The notes beneath the pieces were generated by a model. The model was given only the letters and a program-made list of their open reading frames with translations. It was not told where the DNA came from and did not search any database. Shown here in pieces: positions 53,112 to 61,993 of a stretch of DNA of 64,000 nucleotides. The translations under genes were made by a program, and so were the position numbers. Every line of letters starts with the position of its first letter. The stretch's first letter is position 1. Origin of the DNA: Microgenomates group bacterium RBG_16_45_19 (GTDB taxonomy: Bacteria; Patescibacteriota; Microgenomatia; UBA1400; RBG-16-45-19); the NCBI GenBank assembly GCA_001803415.1, contig MHDC01000045.1, forward strand, positions 30,747-94,746, in the 5' to 3' direction.

Positions 53112-53594
53112 CCACAAGCTCAAAAATGGAGTGATAAACAGGGTAAGACAGTCGATAAGTCCAAAGAGGGATTAGCACGCCTAAAATCAGCACTAGAGAA
53201 GCTCACAGATGAGGAGAAGCGGTATGTTAAAGCGTTCGGTTCAAAAGTAATTGATTTTGAACAATTCAAGGAAAGCGTGCGTGAAGTTAAAGCAAAGAAG
53301 GAAGCTATAGAATCACAGGTCAAAGAGTTAAATGAGAAAGCCCCTGATGATGCTGTAAACCTCGATAGTTTTGACGATATTTGTGATACACTTTACTACT
53401 CGATGAAGCATGCTCCAGCCTCCGATAGGCAGGAGCATATGAGAAATCTCATAGTATCTATTTATGTCGGAGAAAGGAGAAGTGCCCTAGTAAATGGCCA
53501 TATTCCATTACTAGCACAGGCACAATATATCCAATATGAACCTATCAGTCGGGATTGTTGGCTTGGCGAATGTGGGGAAATCAACCCTGTTTAA
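53112..53594 (+). pseudogene. 3' fragment of a large serine recombinase (no catalytic domain)
   Basis: The frame is open from 53112, after a TAA at 53109. It encodes a coiled-coil region (..LEKLTDEEKRYVKAFGSKVIDFEQFKESVREVKAKKEAIESQVKEL..) and a tail (..DRQEHMRNLIVSIYVGERRSALVNGHIPL), typical of large serine recombinase C-termini. No N-terminal resolvase domain lies upstream. Confidence 0.5.
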
Positions 53595-54558
53595 CGCCTT
53601 GTTACAAAAGCAACAAGCCTTGGTCGCTAATTACCCCTTTGCCACGATTGAGCCTAATATCGGGATTGTGCCGGTGCCGGACGAGAGACTGGATCGATTG
53701 GCGGAAACGATCGCTAAGGAGCGGGTGCATCCGGAGGGGAGGGGAGTCAATAAAGAAATTTTAATGAAGGTTAAGTTACCACCGGTGGTGCCGGCAACGG
53801 TTAAGTTTATTGATATTGCCGGTTTGGTCAAAGGAGCGTCGACGGGAGAGGGCTTGGGCAACCAATTCTTAGCCCAGATCCGGGAGGTGAATGTGATTTG
53901 TCATATCATTAGAACATTTGAGGACGAGGCGGTGGTGAGGCAAGGCTCGGTCAGTCCCAAGGATGACTGGGAGATGGTGAATACCGAATTAGCCTTAGCC
54001 GATTTAGAAACGAAACAGAAACGGGAGACAAAAAAGAAAGGCATAACGGAGGCACTACCGTTGTTAACCGAAAAACCAGTGATAGTGGTGGTGAACGTTA
54101 ACGAAGGTCAGGAAAAACAAGCCGAAACGGTAGCCAGGGGACTAGGTATCGAGCCGCGGTGGGTGGTGGGGATTAGTGCCAAAATGGAAGCCGATCTGGC
54201 CGCTTTACCCCCAGCAGAACAACGAGAATACCTGGCAACCCAAGGCTTGAAACAGTCGGGTTTGGAGAAATTAATTCAGTTGGCTTATGAACGGTTGGAG
54301 CTGATTTCTTTTTTGACGGCCGGAGAGAAAGAAGTCAGAGCTTGGACCCTTCGACGCGGTGATACCGCTCTTAGGGCAAGCTCGGTAATCCATACAGACT
54401 TTGCCAGGAAATTTATTAAGGCTGAGGTAATACCCTGGCAGGAGCTGGTGAAATGCGGCGGGTGGAAGCGGGCGAAGGAAACAGGAGCGGTGAGAAGTGA
54501 GGGTCGGGATTATGTGATTCAAGACGGGGAAGTAGTGGAATTTAAAATCGGAGCGTGA
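53536..54558 (+). CDS. ychF: Ribosome-binding ATPase YchF
   Basis: GIVGLANVGKSTLFNAL P-loop, DIAGLVKGAS, C-terminal TGS-like region. Confidence 0.95.
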   Translation: MNLSVGIVGLANVGKSTLFNALLQKQQALVANYPFATIEPNIGIVPVPDERLDRLAETIAKERVHPEGRGVNKEILMKVKLPPVVPATVKFIDIAGLVKGASTGEGLGNQFLAQIREVNVICHIIRTFEDEAVVRQGSVSPKDDWEMVNTELALADLETKQKRETKKKGITEALPLLTEKPVIVVVNVNEGQEKQAETVARGLGIEPRWVVGISAKMEADLAALPPAEQREYLATQGLKQSGLEKLIQLAYERLELISFLTAGEKEVRAWTLRRGDTALRASSVIHTDFARKFIKAEVIPWQELVKCGGWKRAKETGAVRSEGRDYVIQDGEVVEFKIGA

Positions 54559-54647
54559 TATACTCAGTGATAGTTATTGGGTGAGAGATTCGTTTTTAAG
54601 GCCGGCAGGTACGGCAGAAACTCTCCTATTAGTTATATTTTTTGGTT

Positions 54648-54938
54648 ATGCCAGGATACGAGTTAATGGTAATCAGTCCGACGGCGGCCGACGGCGGTGA
54701 AGCTAAGCTGGTGGTAGCGGTGGTGGAACAGGCTGTGACCAAGGCCAAGGGTAAAATCAAAAACCAAGAAGAATTAGGGGAAAAACCGCTAGCCTATGCC
54801 ATAGCTGGGCATCAACAAGCGGTGTTTAACCTATTTGAAATGAAGGTAGCGGCTGATAAGGTGAAAACTTTGAATAATCAGCTAAGCAATGAAAAAGGCA
54901 TTTTACGTTATTTATTAATCAAGCGAGAGGAGAAGTAG
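54648..54938 (+). CDS. rpsF: 30S ribosomal protein S6
   Basis: MPGYELMVI... N-terminus and the conserved rpsF-ssb-rpsR order. The ATG at 54648 is preferred over the TTG at 54642. Confidence 0.9.
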   Translation: MPGYELMVISPTAADGGEAKLVVAVVEQAVTKAKGKIKNQEELGEKPLAYAIAGHQQAVFNLFEMKVAADKVKTLNNQLSNEKGILRYLLIKREEK

Positions 54939-54939
54939 T

Positions 54940-55584
54940 ATGTCGGCCCGATCATTGAATCGAGTGATGTTAATTGGCAACCTCACCCGGGATCCGGAAT
55001 TAAGGTATACCCCGCAAGGAACAGCCGTGTGTACCTTTGGTTTGGCGACTAACCGAAGTTGGATGCCGGCCGATGGGTCACAGCGACAGGAAGAAACCGA
55101 ATACCATCGGATTGTGGCTTGGGCTAAATTAGCCGAAATTTGTTCCCAATTGTTATATAAAGGGCGTAAAGTTTATGCCGAAGGTCGGCTGCAAACCCGG
55201 CGTTTTACGGGTCAAGATGGCAATGAACGAGAAGTAACCGAAGTAGTCATCGATTCGATGATTGCCTTGGGTCAACCTAAGAGTAAAGAGGAAGGCGAGG
55301 ATGAATATGCTTATGGCGGGGGTGAGTTTGTAGCCACGCCAGCGGGCGGGCAGGCCACGCCAGCTGCCAGGCCAGCTCAGGTGACTCAAAAACCGCCAGC
55401 CGCACCGATGACGACCAGTACGCTAGCTCCGGCAGCCGCTGATGACGACGTGGTCGAAAGTGCCGTGGCGGCTGAAGAAGAGACGGTGGAGACTGACAAG
55501 AAACCGGCTAAAAAAGCGACTAAGATTTCAGCTAAAGCCAGCCAAGAAGAAAAAGCGGTGGCCGCTGATGATATTCCCTTTTAG
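54940..55584 (+). CDS. ssb: Single-stranded DNA-binding protein
   Basis: OB-fold N-terminus NRVMLIGNLTRDPELRYTP, a long Pro/Ala-rich linker, and the acidic tip DDIPF. Confidence 0.95.
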   Translation: MSARSLNRVMLIGNLTRDPELRYTPQGTAVCTFGLATNRSWMPADGSQRQEETEYHRIVAWAKLAEICSQLLYKGRKVYAEGRLQTRRFTGQDGNEREVTEVVIDSMIALGQPKSKEEGEDEYAYGGGEFVATPAGGQATPAARPAQVTQKPPAAPMTTSTLAPAAADDDVVESAVAAEEETVETDKKPAKKATKISAKASQEEKAVAADDIPF

Positions 55585-55586
55585 TT

Positions 55587-55826
55587 ATGCTTAAAACCAG
55601 GCCTTACCCCAAACGTCAGACTAACCAACCGTGCGCTTTTTGCGAAACGGGCTTGGTGCCTGACTATAAGGAAGCTAAAAGCTTAAGAAGTTATTTGACG
55701 GATAAAGGTAAGATTGTGCCGCGAACCCGATCGGGAGTGTGTTTAACTCACCAACGGGCTTTAACCCTGGCGGTGAAACGAGCCCGTTATCTAGCAATGT
55801 TGCCGTACGTGTCGCTGGCTCGTTAA
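55587..55826 (+). CDS. rpsR: 30S ribosomal protein S18
   Basis: CAFC...DYKEAKSLRSYLTDKGKIVPRTRSGVCLTHQR matches the S18 core. Confidence 0.9.
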   Translation: MLKTRPYPKRQTNQPCAFCETGLVPDYKEAKSLRSYLTDKGKIVPRTRSGVCLTHQRALTLAVKRARYLAMLPYVSLAR

Positions 55827-55887
55827 GCTGGGGGTGGCTGAGTTTCCGGGGTATGGTATAGTGGGAAAGTTTTAAGGCTAATTTTTT

Positions 55888-57213
55888 ATGGCTGAAGACG
55901 GTCATCAACTGTATTTACGGGTGGGACGACGACGCTGGCCGTTGACTTTAATCCGGAATGGATTAATGGGAGTGACCTTAGTGGTCTTGGGGGCGGGTTT
56001 AGGTTATGCCTGGGCCTTTAAACAAATTAACCAAACTCAGATCCCGTCAGTGCTGAAGGCTTGGCGGCAGGCGCCGGAGCAGATGAAGCTGGATAAAGAT
56101 GGCTTGGATTTTTCTTTGTACTGGCAAGTGTGGGAGACGTTGGAAAAAAACTTTCTGGAAACAGAGAAGATTGATCCGAAAGAAATGGTCTATGGCTCGA
56201 TTCAGGGGATGACGGCGGCTTTGGGCGATCCCTATACCGTCTTTTTACCGCCGGAAGAAAATCAGCAGACTAAGGAAGATTTAAACGGTGAGTTTGATGG
56301 GATCGGGGTGCAACTGGGTTATAAACGAGACACCTTGGCGGTAATGGCGCCATTGGAAGGTCATCCGGCCATTAAGCAGGGGGTGAAGGCAGGCGATTTG
56401 ATTTTACATATTAAAGATGAACAGAAGCAATTGGATGTAGAAACGGCCGGTTTAACTTTACCCGAAGCAGTGACCATGATTCGAGGCAAAAAAGGCACAC
56501 CGGTGACTTTGACTTTATACCGGGAGGATAAGGGTACTTTTGAAGTGACGATTATGCGGGAAACGATTGCCATTCCCTCGGTGGAATGGGAATACGGGGA
56601 GGTAACCGATAAGGGCTGGGTGAAACAGACCAACGGCACGATCGCTTGGTTGAAATTAAGGCGCTTTGGGGAAAAGACGCAGCCAGAGTGGGATGAGGCG
56701 GTGGCTGATATTGTCAAGCATCGGGATAACCTCAAAGGAGTGGTTTTGGACCTGAGGAATAACCCGGGTGGCTATTTGACTGGAGCGATTGATTTGGCCT
56801 CGGATTTTATTCCTGAAGGAGTGGTGGTCCAGCAGCAAGGGCGAGCGGAGACGCAAACGTTTAAGGTGACGCGGCGGGCGCGGCTAATTAACTTGCCGAC
56901 GGTGGTCGTAATTAACGGTGGTAGTGCTTCGGCTTCGGAGATATTGGCTGGAGCTTTGCGGGATCGCTTGCAAGTGAAGCTGGTAGGGGAGCGCTCGTTT
57001 GGCAAGGGGACAGTTCAGGAAGCAATTGAGTTGGCCGACCAGGCCGGTCTGCACGTCACCACCGCCAGATGGTTGTTGCCTAACGGCGACTGGATCCATG
57101 AAGACGGTTTAAAACCGGATGTGGAAGTGACCTTGCCCGATGAAGTGGCCAGCGAGGCGGCCAACCTCAAAGATAGTCAGTTAGAGGCGGCGGTTAAAGA
57201 ATTAACAAATTAA
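55888..57213 (+). CDS. ctp: C-terminal processing peptidase (S41) with PDZ domain
   Basis: VVLDLRNNPGGYL, NGGSASASEI (catalytic Ser), GERSFGKGTVQ (catalytic Lys). Confidence 0.85.
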   Translation: MAEDGHQLYLRVGRRRWPLTLIRNGLMGVTLVVLGAGLGYAWAFKQINQTQIPSVLKAWRQAPEQMKLDKDGLDFSLYWQVWETLEKNFLETEKIDPKEMVYGSIQGMTAALGDPYTVFLPPEENQQTKEDLNGEFDGIGVQLGYKRDTLAVMAPLEGHPAIKQGVKAGDLILHIKDEQKQLDVETAGLTLPEAVTMIRGKKGTPVTLTLYREDKGTFEVTIMRETIAIPSVEWEYGEVTDKGWVKQTNGTIAWLKLRRFGEKTQPEWDEAVADIVKHRDNLKGVVLDLRNNPGGYLTGAIDLASDFIPEGVVVQQQGRAETQTFKVTRRARLINLPTVVVINGGSASASEILAGALRDRLQVKLVGERSFGKGTVQEAIELADQAGLHVTTARWLLPNGDWIHEDGLKPDVEVTLPDEVASEAANLKDSQLEAAVKELTN

Positions 57214-57260
57214 CCTAATCTTCACAATTGGCAGCTAAAGTACGTGGGGTAAGGAGAATT

Positions 57261-58499
57261 ATGATTGAGCCAACTCAGGACCAAAAGAATCTAGCCGGGA
57301 AACACGGCGGTTCGGCCTGGGTGGGATTTGTGGTCGGTTTAATAGTCATGGGTTTGATGGTGGTGGCTTTTTTCGGTGGGGCGGCAGCGGATCGCTTAGT
57401 GGGCTTGAAGCAATTGGATCAATGGTTACCTGGGTTACAGCGGTTGGCACCGACCGGTCAGAAACAAATATCGCAGACGATTTTAAATGAAGAATCGGCA
57501 GTCGTGGGGGTGGCCGAGCGAGTGTCACCTTCAGTAGTAACGGTAGCGGTAACCACGCAGCGACAGCGGTTACCGTCGTTTTTTATGGATCCGTTTGGAA
57601 TGTTTGGCAACCGGATGATGCCTAATGAAAGCGAATTGGAGCCGATTCAGCAGGATATTGGTTCCGGCTTTGTGGTAGACCAGCAGCAGGGTTTAATCGT
57701 GACCAATAAGCATGTGGTTAGTTCTGCCAACGCCAAATATAAGGTGATTGGCAACGATGATAAAGAATTTGAGGTAGTTAGAATATACCGGGATCCGGTT
57801 AATGATTTAGCCATTTTAAAAGTGGCAGATGCCAGTCTGCCGGCCATTGACTTGGGTGATTCTGATACCTTAAAAGTTGGTCAATTTGTGGTGGCCATCG
57901 GCACGGCTTTAGGTGAGTTTAGACACACGGTGACGACCGGAGTAGTTTCCGGCTTAGGCCGGGGGATTGAGGCGGGTGATGGCTTGGGCGGCGCGGTCGA
58001 AGCCTTGGATAACGTCATTCAAACCGATGCGGCCATTAATCCGGGTAATTCCGGGGGACCGCTACTGAATAGCTTAGGTCAGGTGATCGGGGTGAACGTG
58101 GCTATTGCTTCAGGGAGCGAGAACATCGGCTTTGCCATTCCTATTAATGTAGTCAAACAGTCGCTAGCCAATTTCAACGAAACCGGGCAGTTTGACCGGC
58201 CGTTTTTGGGCGTCCAATATCAAATGATCAGCCAAGAGGCGGCGTTGATGAACGAGGTGCCGGCCGGAGCTTATGTGAGGCAGGTGGTGGACGGTTCTGC
58301 TGCTGCTGAGGCCGGTTTGGAAGCTGGGGACATCATTACCAAGCTAAACGGAAAGAGTTTGAAAGATGCCAAGGGTGGTTTGGCAGAAATTATCAATAGT
58401 TTTAAAATAAACCAGGAAGTAAAAATGGATATTTATCGCGATGGGAAAACCATGGAATTAACGGTGATGCTTAAACCATCGGAACCGGCGGCAGAGTAG
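57261..58499 (+). CDS. htrA: HtrA/DegP-family serine protease with PDZ domain
   Basis: TNKHVV (His), NDLAILK (Asp), GNSGGPLL (Ser). AAGGAGA RBS before the ATG at 57261. Confidence 0.9.
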   Translation: MIEPTQDQKNLAGKHGGSAWVGFVVGLIVMGLMVVAFFGGAAADRLVGLKQLDQWLPGLQRLAPTGQKQISQTILNEESAVVGVAERVSPSVVTVAVTTQRQRLPSFFMDPFGMFGNRMMPNESELEPIQQDIGSGFVVDQQQGLIVTNKHVVSSANAKYKVIGNDDKEFEVVRIYRDPVNDLAILKVADASLPAIDLGDSDTLKVGQFVVAIGTALGEFRHTVTTGVVSGLGRGIEAGDGLGGAVEALDNVIQTDAAINPGNSGGPLLNSLGQVIGVNVAIASGSENIGFAIPINVVKQSLANFNETGQFDRPFLGVQYQMISQEAALMNEVPAGAYVRQVVDGSAAAEAGLEAGDIITKLNGKSLKDAKGGLAEIINSFKINQEVKMDIYRDGKTMELTVMLKPSEPAAE

Positions 58500-59418
58500 G
58501 GGTCGATGTTTCGGGTTGATGGAGGGTGGTGAGGATGGGATCAAGATCACCATCAATAATGCGATCGAGATTTTTCCAGGTTTTAGGGAGACGGTGGTCG
58601 GTAACCCGGTTTTCCGGATAGTTGTAGGTACGAATTTTTTCGGAACGCATGGCCCGGCCAACGGCGGCTTTACGGGATGAATCTAGGGTGTTAAGGCGCT
58701 TTTGGTCTTCAATGTCCCAAAGTTTAGCCCTTAAGATTTCCAGGGCAATAGCTTTATTTTGCTGTTGATAGCGCTCTTCACGGCAGTGAACCACTAAGCC
58801 GGTCGGTTTATGAGTTAAAGTGACGGCGGTATTAACTTTATTAACGTTCTGACCGCCGTGACCACCAGCGCGGGAGAATTTCCATTCCAAATCTTCATCA
58901 CGGAGGTTTATCTGAGCGGGGGGGATTTCGGGCAGGACGGCGACAGTGGCGGTTGAAGTGTGGATCCGACCCGAGCTTTCGGTGATCGGGACCCGCTGGA
59001 CCCGGTGAACCCCGGATTCATATTTTAAACGGCCGTAGGCACCGCGGCCTTTAAGCTTGATGACCCCGCTGGCCAAGAGTTCCAAGCGAAAGCCTTGAGC
59101 TTCGGCATAACGGCGGTACATCCGCAACAGATCATTAGCAAAGATTTTGGCCTCCTCCCCGCCGGCGCCACCCCGAATTTCCATGATGGCCGGGGCATGA
59201 TCCATCCCCACTTCGTCCCGATCAGCAAGACTTCGCGGGGTGGGATTGGTCAGGGCGGATAAGGATTCGGTTAAGGCGGCTTTTTGGGTTTCCAGACGGT
59301 TAATTTCTGCCTGAGCTAACTCGGCTAAGGTCGGATCTTGGAGTAAGCTAGTGGTCTCAGCCAAGCGCTGGTCGATTTTCAATAGCTGGGCTTGGAGTTG
59401 AGTAATCGCGTCGTTCAT
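58471..59418 (-). CDS. prfA: Peptide chain release factor 1
   Basis: GGQ motif ([11 protein letters not shown]). The RF1-type tripeptide region [18 protein letters not shown] (P-x-T) is present and there is no SPF. Confidence 0.9.
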   Translation of the reverse strand: MNDAITQLQAQLLKIDQRLAETTSLLQDPTLAELAQAEINRLETQKAALTESLSALTNPTPRSLADRDEVGMDHAPAIMEIRGGAGGEEAKIFANDLLRMYRRYAEAQGFRLELLASGVIKLKGRGAYGRLKYESGVHRVQRVPITESSGRIHTSTATVAVLPEIPPAQINLRDEDLEWKFSRAGGHGGQNVNKVNTAVTLTHKPTGLVVHCREERYQQQNKAIALEILRAKLWDIEDQKRLNTLDSSRKAAVGRAMRSEKIRTYNYPENRVTDHRLPKTWKNLDRIIDGDLDPILTTLHQPETSTPTLPPVPMV

Positions 59419-59717
59419 TTGGCGGATTTAATATCCTGGAGCATTTCTTTGAGCGATTTGGTCGGGACCGAAGCTTTAGTCGTTTTCTTGGTTTTGGTTT
59501 TGGCTTGATAGCTTTTGGCTTGATTGACTTTGGCTTGAAAGCGTTCGACCCGGCCTTGAATATCGACGAATTTCATTTCCCCGGTAAAGAAGGGGTGGCA
59601 AGCGGAGCAAATATCGACCTTAATCGATTCTTTGGTCGAACCGGTGACGAAGGTATTGCCACAACTACAGGTGACTTGACAGTCGTTATGCCAGGTGGGA
59701 TGGATAGCGGTTTTCAT
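59415..59717 (-). CDS. rpmE: 50S ribosomal protein L31 with Lys-rich C-terminal extension
   Basis: MKTAIHP...CSCG...[10 protein letters not shown] Zn-ribbon core, followed by a KTKTKKTTK tail. Confidence 0.9.
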   Translation of the reverse strand: MKTAIHPTWHNDCQVTCSCGNTFVTGSTKESIKVDICSACHPFFTGEMKFVDIQGRVERFQAKVNQAKSYQAKTKTKKTTKASVPTKSLKEMLQDIKSAK

Positions 59718-59751
59718 AACTGGGGCATTATAGGTGATTTAGAGCTAAGAC

Positions 59752-60657
59752 TCAAGCGTGGAGCTTAATCTGTCTTCGACGAGATTCGGCCAGGATGACA
59801 CCCAGGACGATGAGCAATAAGCCAAGAAGCTGAGCCGGGTAGAAACGGTCGCCCAACCAGATAATCGATAGAGGAATATAAATAAGGGGTTGGAGGTAGG
59901 TAAACAGAGTGGCCTCGGAGACTTCAATCTTGGCTTGGCCATAGAGAAGCAGGGCTAAAGCCACCGGGGAACCGAGAATGCCCATATAGAGGACGGCGCG
60001 AATGACCTCAGGCGAGGCAAAAAGGTAAGCCATTGAGGGCGTGGGGCCGAGAAGGGGAGCCAGGAGACTAAAACCAACCAAACCGACTAAGCAGCTAATC
60101 GCAGTGACAAATAATTTGTTTTGATGGTGATAGTGTTTTTTGGCCAGTAATAGATAAGTCATGTTGGCCAGTTGATAGAGGAGGAGAAAGAAAATACCCA
60201 GACTGTTATGACTCAAAGTGTGATCAACTGTGGTTGAGGATAAGAGAAGGATTAAAGTCCCGAAGATACTCAGGCTGAGGCCGAACCATTCCCGTTTTTC
60301 TTCCCGTTCCTTCAGGAAAAATAGGCCACCTAAGGTTACAAAAATGGGAGCGGTGGAAGCAATGAGCGAGGCGGTTAGAGCCGGGGTTCGGGCTAAACCG
60401 GCATAAAGGAAACCCAGACTTAAAATAATTTGGACGATTTCGATAGGAATGATCAATTTGAGGCTGGCTAAAGCATGCTTTGGCCAGACAAAGAAAAGGA
60501 GGGGGAGCATGAAGACAGCGGCGACTAAGTAACGGAGCAGGAGGAAGTAGTAGGGGGTGATGATTTCCAGGGCGGGTTTGACAATGGGGAGAGCCGCCCC
60601 CCAGATGACCACATTACCGAGGAGAGCCAAATACGCCAGCCGCCGTTTTTGAGTCAT
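59752..60657 (-). CDS. EamA/DMT-family transporter
   Basis: About 10 TM helices in two EamA-like halves. The Met at 60657 is preferred because the ORF-track start at 60759 would overlap hisS. Confidence 0.8.
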   Translation of the reverse strand: MTQKRRLAYLALLGNVVIWGAALPIVKPALEIITPYYFLLLRYLVAAVFMLPLLFFVWPKHALASLKLIIPIEIVQIILSLGFLYAGLARTPALTASLIASTAPIFVTLGGLFFLKEREEKREWFGLSLSIFGTLILLLSSTTVDHTLSHNSLGIFFLLLYQLANMTYLLLAKKHYHHQNKLFVTAISCLVGLVGFSLLAPLLGPTPSMAYLFASPEVIRAVLYMGILGSPVALALLLYGQAKIEVSEATLFTYLQPLIYIPLSIIWLGDRFYPAQLLGLLLIVLGVILAESRRRQIKLHA

Positions 60658-60676
60658 TAAACCATGATAATGTAAA

Positions 60677-60716
60677 ACACCCCTGGGGTGTAAGCAGCAT
60701 TCACCCCGGGGGTGAA
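60677..60716. repeat. Palindromic repeat element, copy 3 (two perfect hairpins)
   Basis: ACACCCC-t-GGGGTGT (60677-60691) and TTCACCCC-g-GGGGTGAA (60700-60716). The second contains the hisS stop codon (60701-60703). Confidence 0.8.
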
Positions 60717-61954
60717 AGCCGAGGCAAAAGGTTTTCCAGGGTGTCAGTGGTCTGTTCACCGGTTTGCATGTTTTTAAGAGTGACTAGGTTTTTGGCAGCT
60801 TCGTCGGGACCGATGACTAGGACAAAGGGAATGCCCTTTTGGTTGGCGACTTTGAATTGTTTTTCCAAGCGGTCATAAGCGGGGTAGACTTCGGTAGCAA
60901 TGGCTTGATCACGCAGACTTTGGGCTAATTGAAGCGAGGCAGAGGCCAGCGTTTGGTCAAAGATGGTCACTAAGACTGGGGTGGGATTACCGCTAGCGGG
61001 GATGAGGTTGAGTTTAAGGGCGGCTTCGACCATACGATCCAAACCAAAAGCAATACCCACGGCTGGGAGATCGGGTCCACCAAGCTGTTTGATGAGGTGG
61101 TCGTAGCGGCCACCACCGCCAAAAGAACCGATAGCTAAGTCTTCAAGGGGTAATTGGACTTCAAAGATCATGCCGGTATAGTAGTCCAGACCTCTGGCGA
61201 TGGTGGGATCAAAGCTAAAATCAGTTTCAGGCACACCCAGCTCGGTGATCAGGTTAAAAATGGCGGTGAGGTTAGCGGTGGGGGTAGCTGATTTAATTGA
61301 TTGAATGGCTTGGTTAGCTGAGGCGTCGCTTAAACCCTTGACCACCAGTTCATCAATGACTGCTGTTTCGGTGAGTTTGTTTAATTTATCGAGGGACTGA
61401 ATGATAGATAAAACCGAGACTTGGTCGGTGGCGAGGGGAGTGAGAACCTCAGAGAGCACCTGGCGGTCGTTGATGGCTAATTTGATCGCCGGGTAACCGA
61501 CGTTTTTAAAAGCGGCGTAGGTACAAGCGATTATTTCGGCGTCGGCGAGGGGTGCCTTGGAACCAAAGATATCGATATCGCACTGAGTAAATTCCCGGTA
61601 GCGGCCGGCTTGGGGTTTTTCGGCGCGGAAGTTATTCTGGATTTGGTAGCGGCGAAAGTAGGCGGGTAAGTCGTTTTGGTATTGAACTAAAACCCGAGCG
61701 GTAGGGACGGTTTGGTCGTAACGTAAACCGACTTCCCGGCCACCCCGGTCGGTGAAAGTAAAAACCAGTTTATCGGCTTCGGTGCCGTATTTACCCAAGA
61801 GCAGGTCGGCGTATTCTAAAGTCGGAGTTTCTAAGGGTTCAAAGCCATAGAGTTCAAAGGTTTGTTTGACTTTGGCCACGACGAAATCTCGGGTCCGTTT
61901 TTCCGCCGGCAAAAAATCCCGAAAGCCTTTTAAAGTCTGAACCAGTGGAGTCAT
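60701..61954 (-). CDS. hisS: Histidyl-tRNA synthetase
   Basis: Class II motifs: RYREFTQCDIDIFG (motif 2), GGGRYD (motif 3). Confidence 0.95.
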   Translation of the reverse strand: MTPLVQTLKGFRDFLPAEKRTRDFVVAKVKQTFELYGFEPLETPTLEYADLLLGKYGTEADKLVFTFTDRGGREVGLRYDQTVPTARVLVQYQNDLPAYFRRYQIQNNFRAEKPQAGRYREFTQCDIDIFGSKAPLADAEIIACTYAAFKNVGYPAIKLAINDRQVLSEVLTPLATDQVSVLSIIQSLDKLNKLTETAVIDELVVKGLSDASANQAIQSIKSATPTANLTAIFNLITELGVPETDFSFDPTIARGLDYYTGMIFEVQLPLEDLAIGSFGGGGRYDHLIKQLGGPDLPAVGIAFGLDRMVEAALKLNLIPASGNPTPVLVTIFDQTLASASLQLAQSLRDQAIATEVYPAYDRLEKQFKVANQKGIPFVLVIGPDEAAKNLVTLKNMQTGEQTTDTLENLLPRLSPPG

Positions 61955-61993
61955 AAGGTTAGTTCTCCGGTAATTATAACCTGATTATTACCA

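Larger units (their letters stand above)
48849..53594. mobile_element. AT-rich island, probably a decayed integrated element
   Basis: Visible drop in GC relative to the flanks. A 67-bp direct repeat sits at the left edge and internally. A 5'-truncated serine recombinase lies at the right edge, abutting ychF. The cargo is unrelated to the backbone functions. Confidence 0.45.
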
